In this document: positions 6,276 through 13,515 of the stretch, piece after piece
How the letters are laid out: each line of letters begins with the position of its first letter
Numbering within the stretch: the first letter of the stretch is position 1
Source of the DNA: Bacteroidales bacterium
GTDB lineage: Bacteria; Bacteroidota; Bacteroidia; Bacteroidales; UBA3663
DNA: 64,000 nt
Assembly: GCA_017519885.1 (NCBI GenBank)
Contig: JAFWRO010000035.1
Span: 31,427 to 95,426 of the forward strand
Reading direction: 5' to 3'
Position numbers and translations under genes: made by a program
The notes under the pieces: generated by a model
Databases searched by the model: none
Told to the model about the DNA's origin: nothing
Seen by the model: the letters and a program-made list of their open reading frames with translations, nothing else

Positions 6276-6824
6276 TTAGATGTTCTTGATGAATTTGGCG
6301 GGATTGCCACCTACGATGGTGTTTGGAGCAACGTCCTTTGTGACAACGGCACCGGCAGCTACTACGGCATTCTCGCCGATGGTCACACCAGGCAGGATGA
6401 TGGCACCCACGCCGATCCAGGCATTGCGGCAGATGTGGACGGGCTTGCAGCGCAGCACCATGCGGTTCTGGAAGTCGTGGTTGTCGGTGACGATGCGCAC
6501 GTTGGGACCTATCATCACACCATCGTCGATGGTGATGCCGCCTGCGGCCATACAGGTGAGCGAATGGTTGACAAACACGCCTCTGCCGATCTTCATCTGA
6601 CAGGCGAAATCGATCTGCAACGGGGGCATCAGATAGCTGGTCTGGTCGAGGCTGCCATTGAAGAGCGTCTCTTCGAGCGGACGTATCTGCTCGGGCATGG
6701 GTGCCGTCGTGTTGATCTTGAAACAGATGTTTGCGCAGTCGGTCATGTGCTTGATTGCCTCTGCATATTCGGGTGTCGCCATGTTTACATCGGCACCGGA
6801 GCGAAGTTGTTCGAAAATGTTCAT
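6276..6824 (-). CDS. Sugar O-acetyltransferase (maltose/galactoside acetyltransferase-like, hexapeptide-repeat)
   Basis: It shows left-handed beta-helix repeats (IGRGVFVNH..., IDDGVMIGPNV, IGENAVVAAGAVV) and the C-terminal VGGNPAKFIK. Confidence 0.9.
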   Translation of the reverse strand: MNIFEQLRSGADVNMATPEYAEAIKHMTDCANICFKINTTAPMPEQIRPLEETLFNGSLDQTSYLMPPLQIDFACQMKIGRGVFVNHSLTCMAAGGITIDDGVMIGPNVRIVTDNHDFQNRMVLRCKPVHICRNAWIGVGAIILPGVTIGENAVVAAGAVVTKDVAPNTIVGGNPAKFIKNI

Positions 6825-6855
6825 ATTGATATAGTTTTTTATTGGTCTTGTATAT

Positions 6856-6997
6856 GGTCGCTTTGCTCAAAATTATAAGAAAATTAATTTTAAAATTATC
6901 AAAAGAATATGTCAAAAAAGAATGTCGTTATAAATCCCGACCCGTTTTTCTTATAATTTTTTGTTTTATTTTTTTATAATTTTGAGCTTTGCGACCC
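6856..6997. repeat. Palindromic leader element, copy 2
   Basis: ggtcgctttgctcaaaattataagaaaa ... ttttcttataatttt ... tataattttgagctttgcgaccc. About 45 of the first 50 nt are identical to copy 1. Confidence 0.85.
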
Positions 6998-7020
6998 TGT
7001 TCTTCTTTGTTTTGACGGTG

Positions 7021-7028
7021 CAAAGGTA
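7021..7028 (-). promoter_or_regulatory. -7 box TACCTTTG (minus strand) upstream of element copy 2 and the acetyltransferase
   Basis: Plus-strand caaaggta sits in the same gtgcaaaggta context as at 1861-1871. Confidence 0.5.
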
Positions 7029-7031
7029 CGA

Positions 7032-7064
7032 CAAAAAAGGCAATCCGCCGTTATCCGGATTGCC
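7032..7064 (-). terminator. Rho-independent terminator (minus strand)
   Basis: The stem GGCAATCCG/CGGATTGCC is 9 bp with an 8-nt loop, followed on the minus strand by TTTTTT. Confidence 0.75.
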
Positions 7065-7148
7065 TTGATAGTTTCATATTTTGCCGAAAGCGCTAAAAAT
7101 GCCCATTTAGCTGCTGCTTAGTGCAGCTAAAAGCGTGAGTAAGGACAT

Positions 7149-7655
7149 TTATAAAGATTCGATTTCCTCTATTGTCAGACCAGTAATCTCAGCAATATCT
7201 TCAACTGCAAAGCCCTTGGCCTTCATCTTGCGGGCATTTTCAATATTTGTTTTGAGCACAGCATCGGCCGTATCCTCAAAGTCATCGGCCTTGGACACCC
7301 ATTCGTTCCAATCGGTCTTGGCAAGATAAAGCTCCACCTGTTTCTTCAGCACTGGGATGTCGTTGATGGCTGTGTTATAAAGTTCTCTGTCGTCGATGGT
7401 AGCATAATCATGAACCAGAATGTGACGCATACCTTGTACAAATTTCCATGGTATAGCAGGATGTGCATTCTTGAAAGCTTTAGTCAGCATATAGGCCGCC
7501 TCACCCACTACCTCGATATTTTTCATAACAGAGAAATAGGTGCGCTTATCTTTGACGAGAGATTCGAAAGTGTATCCCTCAATAAGCATCATAACATTCG
7601 CGGAATATTCGACGATATCTTCTAACCGCCCTTTATCCCTCGCTCTTTCTCTCAT
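7149..7655 (-). CDS. hepT: HepT-like (DUF86) RNase toxin of a type VII TA pair, with a C-terminal extension
   Basis: The RX4HXY motif is present as RHILVHDY. It overlaps the MNT gene by 23 nt. The extra tail is ...ENARKMKAKGFAVEDIAEITGLTIEEIESL. Confidence 0.85.
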   Translation of the reverse strand: MRERARDKGRLEDIVEYSANVMMLIEGYTFESLVKDKRTYFSVMKNIEVVGEAAYMLTKAFKNAHPAIPWKFVQGMRHILVHDYATIDDRELYNTAINDIPVLKKQVELYLAKTDWNEWVSKADDFEDTADAVLKTNIENARKMKAKGFAVEDIAEITGLTIEEIESL

Positions 7656-7941
7656 AAATCAAAATTTTATCTCGGTTAGCACTTGCTGCTGCGTACGGGC
7701 GAAGCGTTCCTTCGACAACCAAATCTACTTCGCGACCTAACAGCTCCTGCAAGTCCATCAACATGCCTCCATGAGTGAAGAGCGTGAAAGGCTTGCCAGA
7801 ATAATCGGGAACAAAAAGGATATCAACGTCACTCTTCGGTGTCTCCTCGCCACGGGCAAAGGATCCAAACAGCCATGCCTTCAGGACAGGTTGTGTCTTG
7901 AAGTAGTCGGCTATAGTCTGTTGTATCAGTTGGTTGCTCAT
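7633..7941 (-). CDS. mntA: MNT-type nucleotidyltransferase antitoxin
   Basis: It carries the GSxxRGxxxxxSDxD motif as LFGSFARGEETPKSDVDIL, is 102 aa long, and lies upstream of and overlapping hepT. Confidence 0.9.
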   Translation of the reverse strand: MSNQLIQQTIADYFKTQPVLKAWLFGSFARGEETPKSDVDILFVPDYSGKPFTLFTHGGMLMDLQELLGREVDLVVEGTLRPYAAASANRDKILIYERKSEG

Positions 7942-7966
7942 AAGCGAATCCTTTTAGAATGTGGGG

Positions 7967-7974
7967 ACAAAAAT
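7967..7974 (-). promoter_or_regulatory. Candidate -7 box TATTTTTG (minus strand) for the TA operon
   Basis: Plus-strand caaaaata lies about 26 nt upstream of the MNT ATG. Confidence 0.4.
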
Positions 7975-8048
7975 ACGAAATTATTTTGAATAATGGCGCA
8001 TTTTTGGCACAAAAAATGCAAAAATGGGTTCAAATTTTGCCGAAAGCG

Positions 8049-8858
8049 TTATTTCTGCCGGTATTCCGAGGGCGATTTGCCCAAAACCCGCTTCGTGTAA
8101 CGCGAGAAATGCGAGATATTCTCGAAGTTCATGAGGTCCGAGACCTCGCCGAGCGTCTTGGTGGTGTCGTTGAGCAACGACACCAGTTCGAACGCCGCAT
8201 AGAACTGAATCCATTGCGAAGCAGGCAATCCCGTCATCGTGCGGCACACCTGCGAGAGATACTTCGGCGTGATGCAAAGACGGTCGGCATACCACGCCAC
8301 CTCGCGCTCGGTCAGCACGTTTTGCTGCACCAGGGTGAGGAACCGCAGGAAGAGGCTGGCCGTAAAGTCCGACGTCTCCATCTGTGACAGGCCGTGCTGG
8401 CACACCGTCCAGAGGTCGAAGAGGAAGATCTGCATCACACGCCCCAGCACTTCGCGCTTGAACGTCGATTCGGGTTGGGCCAATCGGCTGCGAAAGAGAG
8501 AGAAGTCGGCTTCCATCAGCCTCAATCCCTCGTCATCGAGGTGGATGGAGGGATTGATGCGGATGAAGATGAAGCCCTTCGAAGCCCAGATCATCTCGGG
8601 ATTGTATTGCTGGAGGAACGTGGGCGAAGCCAACAGGACTTCGCCCTCAAAATCGTCGGAATAGGTCACATCCTGAATTGAATTGGACATCTGCCAGATG
8701 GCCAAGTCGCCCTTTCGCGAACAGAAACCGTTCTTGCCATCGGAGAAGGTCATCGTGCCCTGCTTCACCAGGACATGTACATGATAGTCGGCGATGAAGT
8801 CGGAAGGCATCCGTCCATCGGCCGTGCTGATAAGATTGCATCCGTAAAGTAATTCCAT
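8049..8858 (-). CDS. AraC-family transcriptional regulator (cupin-like N-terminus + HTH)
   Basis: The C-terminus is ...LSQVCRTMTGLPASQWI....FENISHFSRYTKRVLGKSPSEYRQK. Confidence 0.9.
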   Translation of the reverse strand: MELLYGCNLISTADGRMPSDFIADYHVHVLVKQGTMTFSDGKNGFCSRKGDLAIWQMSNSIQDVTYSDDFEGEVLLASPTFLQQYNPEMIWASKGFIFIRINPSIHLDDEGLRLMEADFSLFRSRLAQPESTFKREVLGRVMQIFLFDLWTVCQHGLSQMETSDFTASLFLRFLTLVQQNVLTEREVAWYADRLCITPKYLSQVCRTMTGLPASQWIQFYAAFELVSLLNDTTKTLGEVSDLMNFENISHFSRYTKRVLGKSPSEYRQK

Positions 8859-8871
8859 GATCGTTGATGTT

Positions 8872-10134
8872 TTATTTGACCGAAGCGCAACGTGCCTCGT
8901 AGAAGCTGCGGAAGTCGCTCCAGCGGTAATAGGGATAATTTGTGGTGGGCACAGGCAGACTGGCTTCGCAACCGTTGAGCAGGCATTTCACGAGCACATC
9001 GTCCGCCCCACCTTTGCCACGATAGAAGATGAGCTGGATGTTCGAGGCCTTGCAGGTGTTCCAGTTCTGGTAGCAGTTCTTCACCTCGTAGGGATCCTCG
9101 GGATCGCGGTCGGCGCCATTGATGCCCATCAGGACGGTGAGGGGACCGATGCAGGTGTCGTGTCCGAAACGCAGGTCAGCCACGCGCTTCACGCGGCCCG
9201 AGATGACAGCGTCGGCCTTGGCGATGATGTCCTCGAGGATGGGGATCATCTCGTATTGCGGACCGAAGACCCACGAATAGGAGCCGAGGTTGGAAGCCTC
9301 CCATTCGCCGACCAACTCCTCGTCGCTGACGATGCCGTCCATCATACCCTCGTGACCGATGCTGGGCAGCGAGGTGTAGAGGTTGAGGAGTTCGCTGCCG
9401 ATGCGACCAGGATTGCCCTTGAGGCCCTCGGTGCTGGTGAAGACGCGGGCAGTGATGTCCTGACGCAAGGTGCTCTCGTGCTTGAACTGGTCGCGATGCT
9501 GTTCGAAGCGCGGACGCACTCTCGGGAACTCACGTCGGGCAGGATTCTGCCTGTCGGTGGGCACCACGCCATCGAGCGTGAAGCGCGATGACTGTTCGCG
9601 AATCTCGAGCTTCGGGTTGCACTGGACAAGCTCCTGGCAGAAGGCCGACATACTGATCACGCAACGTCCCGACAACGAGGAGATGGCGAGCACGTCACCA
9701 CCTTTTTTGAACACCTCGGGGAAACGGTTGTACATGGTGCGTGCAATGCCCTGGTGCTGCTGCCAGCCCACTTCGGTGAGTTCGCTCACACCCGTCATCA
9801 GTTCGTCCTTGACGGCCATGAAGCTGTCGCAGAACTTCTCGCCGCGAGGCGTGAGCTGATGCTGCTGGCGTGCCGTGGTGAGCAGGGTGTCGAGGTAATG
9901 GTAGAGATGGTCGCTCCAATAGTAGCGCGAGCCATGACGTGCGTAATGGCTGATGTAGAATGCCTTGTAGCCCTTGGGCGCCTTGGTGAGTCGGACGTCC
10001 TCCTGCCTGTAGGGATAGTCGTTGCCATACGCCTTGCGCGGATTGGCCTTGAGCTGGTCGAGGGCGGAAACACCCTGCGCCTCCATCGTGACGGCAAGGA
10101 GACTGAAAAGGAAAAGAATGAAGAACTTTTTCAT
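8872..10134 (-). CDS. Secreted histidine phosphatase family protein, branch 2 (histidine acid phosphatase / MINPP-like)
   Basis: It has a signal peptide, the catalytic motif RHGSRY, and a downstream FGHDT (HD motif). Confidence 0.8.
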   Translation of the reverse strand: MKKFFILFLFSLLAVTMEAQGVSALDQLKANPRKAYGNDYPYRQEDVRLTKAPKGYKAFYISHYARHGSRYYWSDHLYHYLDTLLTTARQQHQLTPRGEKFCDSFMAVKDELMTGVSELTEVGWQQHQGIARTMYNRFPEVFKKGGDVLAISSLSGRCVISMSAFCQELVQCNPKLEIREQSSRFTLDGVVPTDRQNPARREFPRVRPRFEQHRDQFKHESTLRQDITARVFTSTEGLKGNPGRIGSELLNLYTSLPSIGHEGMMDGIVSDEELVGEWEASNLGSYSWVFGPQYEMIPILEDIIAKADAVISGRVKRVADLRFGHDTCIGPLTVLMGINGADRDPEDPYEVKNCYQNWNTCKASNIQLIFYRGKGGADDVLVKCLLNGCEASLPVPTTNYPYYRWSDFRSFYEARCASVK

Positions 10135-10182
10135 GGAGGTAATATTTATAAAAGGAAAAATGACGGGGCGAAGCTCATTGCT

Positions 10183-11277
10183 TCACCCCACGATATACTT
10201 GCTGCCCGGAAGCAGCGAGATGAGCCAGGTTACCAGCGCACTGCATGCGTATGTGAGCATCGCGATGACCGGGATGGCAAGCCATACGGGAAGCGATGGA
10301 TTAGCCACGTCGCCAGCGATGATCCACTCCGAAATCGGGATGAGGAAGAAGATGTGCATCAGGTACATGCCGAAGGTCAGCTTGCTGATGCGCGTGATCC
10401 AGGCGGGAGCCTCCTGGATGCAGGAGAAGAGCAGGAACGCGCCGAACGTGGTGATGAGGACGTTGAGCGTACAGAACTCCCACGACCATTCCGCCATCGG
10501 GGTATCCAGCATCTGTCCGGGAACGCCTTTCCACCAGAAGCTCCATGCCGTGAACGCAGCACCGAAGAGGAAACACAGGCTACCCACCTTGATGCGCTTC
10601 GAGCGTGACCAGTCGAGGTGCACACGGATGTAATGCGCCAACACCAGGTAGCCCAGATAGCCCGAGCAGTACCACAGTGCGGAGAAGTTGTTCCAGAAGC
10701 ATTCGCCCCACAGTTCAGGCGACACGAAGCGATGGAGCCAGGGGATGAGCGTCGAGAAGGCAAAGATGCCGAGGAACGTCAGTTCGTCCTTCGCGCTGGC
10801 CTTTTCGAGCCAGGGCGACACCACGGGGATGATGAGGTAGATGCTGATGAGCGGATACATAAACCACAGATGGCCTGCGATGGGCGGGAAGTTGAAAGGC
10901 ACCATCTTCAGGTCGTGCAAGGCCTGTTCCTGCGTTGTGCCTCCCCAAGCCAAAGGCAGAACGGCATAGAGCAGCAGGAAGCACACAAAGGGTGGCAGGA
11001 TGCGCAGGAAGCGCCGGCGATAGAACTGCCCCATGGTCATACCTTCGCGCATCGGGACGAGCAGGAAGGCTGACACGATCATGAACAGCGGCACGGAGAT
11101 ACGCCCGAAGAAACCATCATAGATGGATACCCACAGGCGGTTGCTCTCGTTGGCCAGCATCGTATAGGCATCGTGGTCAACGTAGAAACATTCACTCGCG
11201 TGGACGACCATCACCAGAAGGCAGGCCACCACGCGAATGTAATCGACAAAGGCAATACGGGGAGAAGGAGTTTTCAA
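10183..11277 (-). CDS. Acyltransferase-3 family membrane O-acyltransferase
   Basis: It shows RIAFVDYIRVVACLLVMVVHASE and about 10 TM segments. The only possible start is a TTG that sits inside the heptamer repeat. Confidence 0.85.
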   Translation of the reverse strand: MKTPSPRIAFVDYIRVVACLLVMVVHASECFYVDHDAYTMLANESNRLWVSIYDGFFGRISVPLFMIVSAFLLVPMREGMTMGQFYRRRFLRILPPFVCFLLLYAVLPLAWGGTTQEQALHDLKMVPFNFPPIAGHLWFMYPLISIYLIIPVVSPWLEKASAKDELTFLGIFAFSTLIPWLHRFVSPELWGECFWNNFSALWYCSGYLGYLVLAHYIRVHLDWSRSKRIKVGSLCFLFGAAFTAWSFWWKGVPGQMLDTPMAEWSWEFCTLNVLITTFGAFLLFSCIQEAPAWITRISKLTFGMYLMHIFFLIPISEWIIAGDVANPSLPVWLAIPVIAMLTYACSALVTWLISLLPGSKYIVG

Positions 11278-11330
11278 TTAACAATTAACAATTAATAATT
11301 AACAATTATCAATTAACAATTAACAATTAA
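11275..11330. repeat. 8 x 7-bp tandem repeat CAATTAA (complement TTAATTG)
   Basis: caattaa caattaa caattaa taattaa caattat caattaa caattaa caattaa. It contains the upstream gene's TAA stop (11320-11322) and the downstream gene's TTG start (11275-11277). Confidence 0.9.
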
Positions 11331-12477
11331 GCAGGGCGTCGGCCAAGGCTTCGAGCTGCGGGATGTCAGCCTCCTTCATCGACGACTTGATGGTCACCAT
11401 AGGCTCAACGATCCTGACGTTCTTCATCGGTTCGAGCAGGGCCTTCATCGCCTTGCCTGCCGAGGGAGCCCAACTGCCGTTCTCCACGATGGCAACGGCG
11501 CGGTTCTGGTAGGCCTTCATCTGCAACTTCCAAAGGAAGAAGTGCATGGGTGGGAAGACGTCGGCATCATAGGACGAAGCACAAACCACCAGTTTGCCCA
11601 TACGGAAGGCATCCTCGATGGCCTCGGCCATATCGTCGCGGCAGAGGTCGGCGACAGCCACCTTGCCTGCACCCTTTGCCTCAAGGATCTCGGCAAGCTT
11701 CTCAGCCACCTTGGCGGTGTTGCCATGGATGCTGGCATGAGCCACCAGCACGCCCTTGGTCTCGACATCGTACTTGCTCCAGATATTGTAGAGACGCAGT
11801 GCCTCGGCCAGCTTCTCACCGGTGAGGATAGGGCCGTGCAATGGGCAGATGGTCTCAATGTCGAACTTGCCCGCCTTCTTGAGTGCGGTGCTGACAGGAG
11901 CACCATACTTGCCGCAGATGTTGAAGTAGTAGCGGCGAGCCTCGCATGCCCAGTCGTCGGGATCGGCATCCTTCACGCCGAACTTGCCGAATGCATCGGC
12001 CGAGAAGAAGACCTTCTCCTCGGGGCACCAGGTCATGATGACCTCGGACCAATGCACCATCGGAGCGGTGATGAACTGCAGGGTGGTCTGACCCAACGAA
12101 AGCACATCGCCTTCCTTCACGGCCTTGGTGCCAGCAGCGTTGAACTTCTCGTCGAACTGTGCAGCAAACTGCAGTGCCTTGGCCGAAGCCACGATGACAG
12201 CCTCGGGATAGCGGGCACGGAAAGCACCCACCGAACCACTGTGGTCGGGCTCGTAATGCTGTGCGATGAGGTAGTCGGGCTTGCGGCCATCGAGGGCCTT
12301 CTCGAGCTTGTCGAGCCACTCGTCGGTCTTGCGCTTATCGACGCTATCCATCACGGCAACCTTCTCGTCGAGGATAACGAAGCTGTTGTAACACATGCCT
12401 TCCGGCAAATCATACTGGCTCTCGAAGAGCTCCAATTCGGGATCGTCACACCCGATGTACTTGATCTTTTCTGTCAT
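11320..12477 (-). CDS. Flavodiiron protein (FprA-like; metallo-beta-lactamase-like + flavodoxin domains)
   Basis: It has the diiron motif HYEPDHSGS and a C-terminal flavodoxin-like half (VLVAHASIHGNTAKVAE...). Confidence 0.8.
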   Translation of the reverse strand: MTEKIKYIGCDDPELELFESQYDLPEGMCYNSFVILDEKVAVMDSVDKRKTDEWLDKLEKALDGRKPDYLIAQHYEPDHSGSVGAFRARYPEAVIVASAKALQFAAQFDEKFNAAGTKAVKEGDVLSLGQTTLQFITAPMVHWSEVIMTWCPEEKVFFSADAFGKFGVKDADPDDWACEARRYYFNICGKYGAPVSTALKKAGKFDIETICPLHGPILTGEKLAEALRLYNIWSKYDVETKGVLVAHASIHGNTAKVAEKLAEILEAKGAGKVAVADLCRDDMAEAIEDAFRMGKLVVCASSYDADVFPPMHFFLWKLQMKAYQNRAVAIVENGSWAPSAGKAMKALLEPMKNVRIVEPMVTIKSSMKEADIPQLEALADALLNC

Positions 12478-12494
12478 ATTTTTTTGGGTTTTTT

Positions 12495-12539
12495 AGTTAT
12501 CTGAGTTATCCGAGTACTCCGATTATTCCGAGTACTCCG
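12495..12539. repeat. 5 x 9-bp tandem repeat (AGTAYTCCG family)
   Basis: agttatctg agttatccg agtactccg attattccg agtactccg. The same family occurs at 46079-46130. Confidence 0.85.
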
Positions 12540-12550
12540 GAACCAATCTC

Positions 12551-13363
12551 TCATAGGCAAGGCAGCGCGCGGAGGTGTGCCTCGATGGTCTTGCCCAGGC
12601 GGATGTGGCCGGCATTGTTGGGGTGCAGGCGGTCGTAGCGCACGGTCTCGGGCTTGGGTTCGGGCTCGGCGAAGTACACGCCGTGCTCAGGCTCCATCGG
12701 GAAGAGGCCCGAGTCGCGATAGAGGTCGATGCAGGGCACAGCCCAATACTGGCAAGCCTGGCGCAGCACGTCCATATACTCCTCGATGTAGTGTCCCTGC
12801 ACGTTGGTGAAGTCCTCATCGGGCTGCACGTTGAACTTGCCCTTGGCGGGGTCGCTGAAGTTGGCATAGGCACGATGGATGGGCGTCATCACGATGATCT
12901 GCTTGGTCGGGTAGTTATGCTTGAGCCAGGAGAGGCACATGTTGATGCGGCCGCAGAAGGTCGTGTCGTTCATGCACCACTCGCGATGACGGGCAGCTAC
13001 CATCTTGCCGTTGCGGTTGCAGATGGTGTCGCGTTCGGTGAAGAAACGGCCGATGGGGATGCCGTGGTTATAGTCGTTGGTGCCAGCCCAGATGAAGATG
13101 GCATCGATGGTGGTGCTGTCGGTCTGCTGCATCAGCTTCGCCTTCTCCAGTATCTGGTGCCACTGGTGGCCGCTTCGGGCATAGACGCGCGGCTCGATGC
13201 CGAGCGAATCGCGCAGGTAGTCATAGTAGTGGTAATTGGCGGCACGATTGTTGGGGTCGGTCATCGAATCGCCCAGGAAGGCGCAACGCTTGCCTTGCCA
13301 CTGTGCCATGCAGGCAAATGCAGTAAAAAGGCAAAAGAGTAGGGTCAAAAGATTCCTTTTCAT
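12551..13363 (-). CDS. Secreted SGNH/GDSL hydrolase (esterase)
   Basis: It has a signal peptide, block I FLGDSMTD, block III WAGTNDY, and a C-terminal DRLHPN. Confidence 0.85.
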   Translation of the reverse strand: MKRNLLTLLFCLFTAFACMAQWQGKRCAFLGDSMTDPNNRAANYHYYDYLRDSLGIEPRVYARSGHQWHQILEKAKLMQQTDSTTIDAIFIWAGTNDYNHGIPIGRFFTERDTICNRNGKMVAARHREWCMNDTTFCGRINMCLSWLKHNYPTKQIIVMTPIHRAYANFSDPAKGKFNVQPDEDFTNVQGHYIEEYMDVLRQACQYWAVPCIDLYRDSGLFPMEPEHGVYFAEPEPKPETVRYDRLHPNNAGHIRLGKTIEAHLRALPCL

Positions 13364-13409
13364 GTCAATATTCTATCTTGTTACAAATGCTATTTGTCAA
13401 TAAGCGGTG

Positions 13410-13417
13410 CAAAGATA
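13410..13417 (-). promoter_or_regulatory. -7 box TATCTTTG (minus strand) upstream of the SGNH gene
   Basis: Plus-strand gtgcaaagataatc lies about 47 nt upstream of the ATG at 13363. Confidence 0.5.
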
Positions 13418-13515
13418 ATCATTTTGTTTGCTTGCTCCAAATTTTTCGGGGGAAAAATGAAAAATGAAAGGCGCGGCATCGTAGGATGTCGCGTCTTCAT
13501 TGAATTTTACTAATA

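Noticed and set aside
6250-6915. 221-aa ORF overlapping the acetyltransferase gene and running into the palindromic element.
   Set aside because: It is in an alternative frame of the hexapeptide-repeat gene, has a His/Arg/Cys-rich nonsense composition, and extends through the non-coding repeat.
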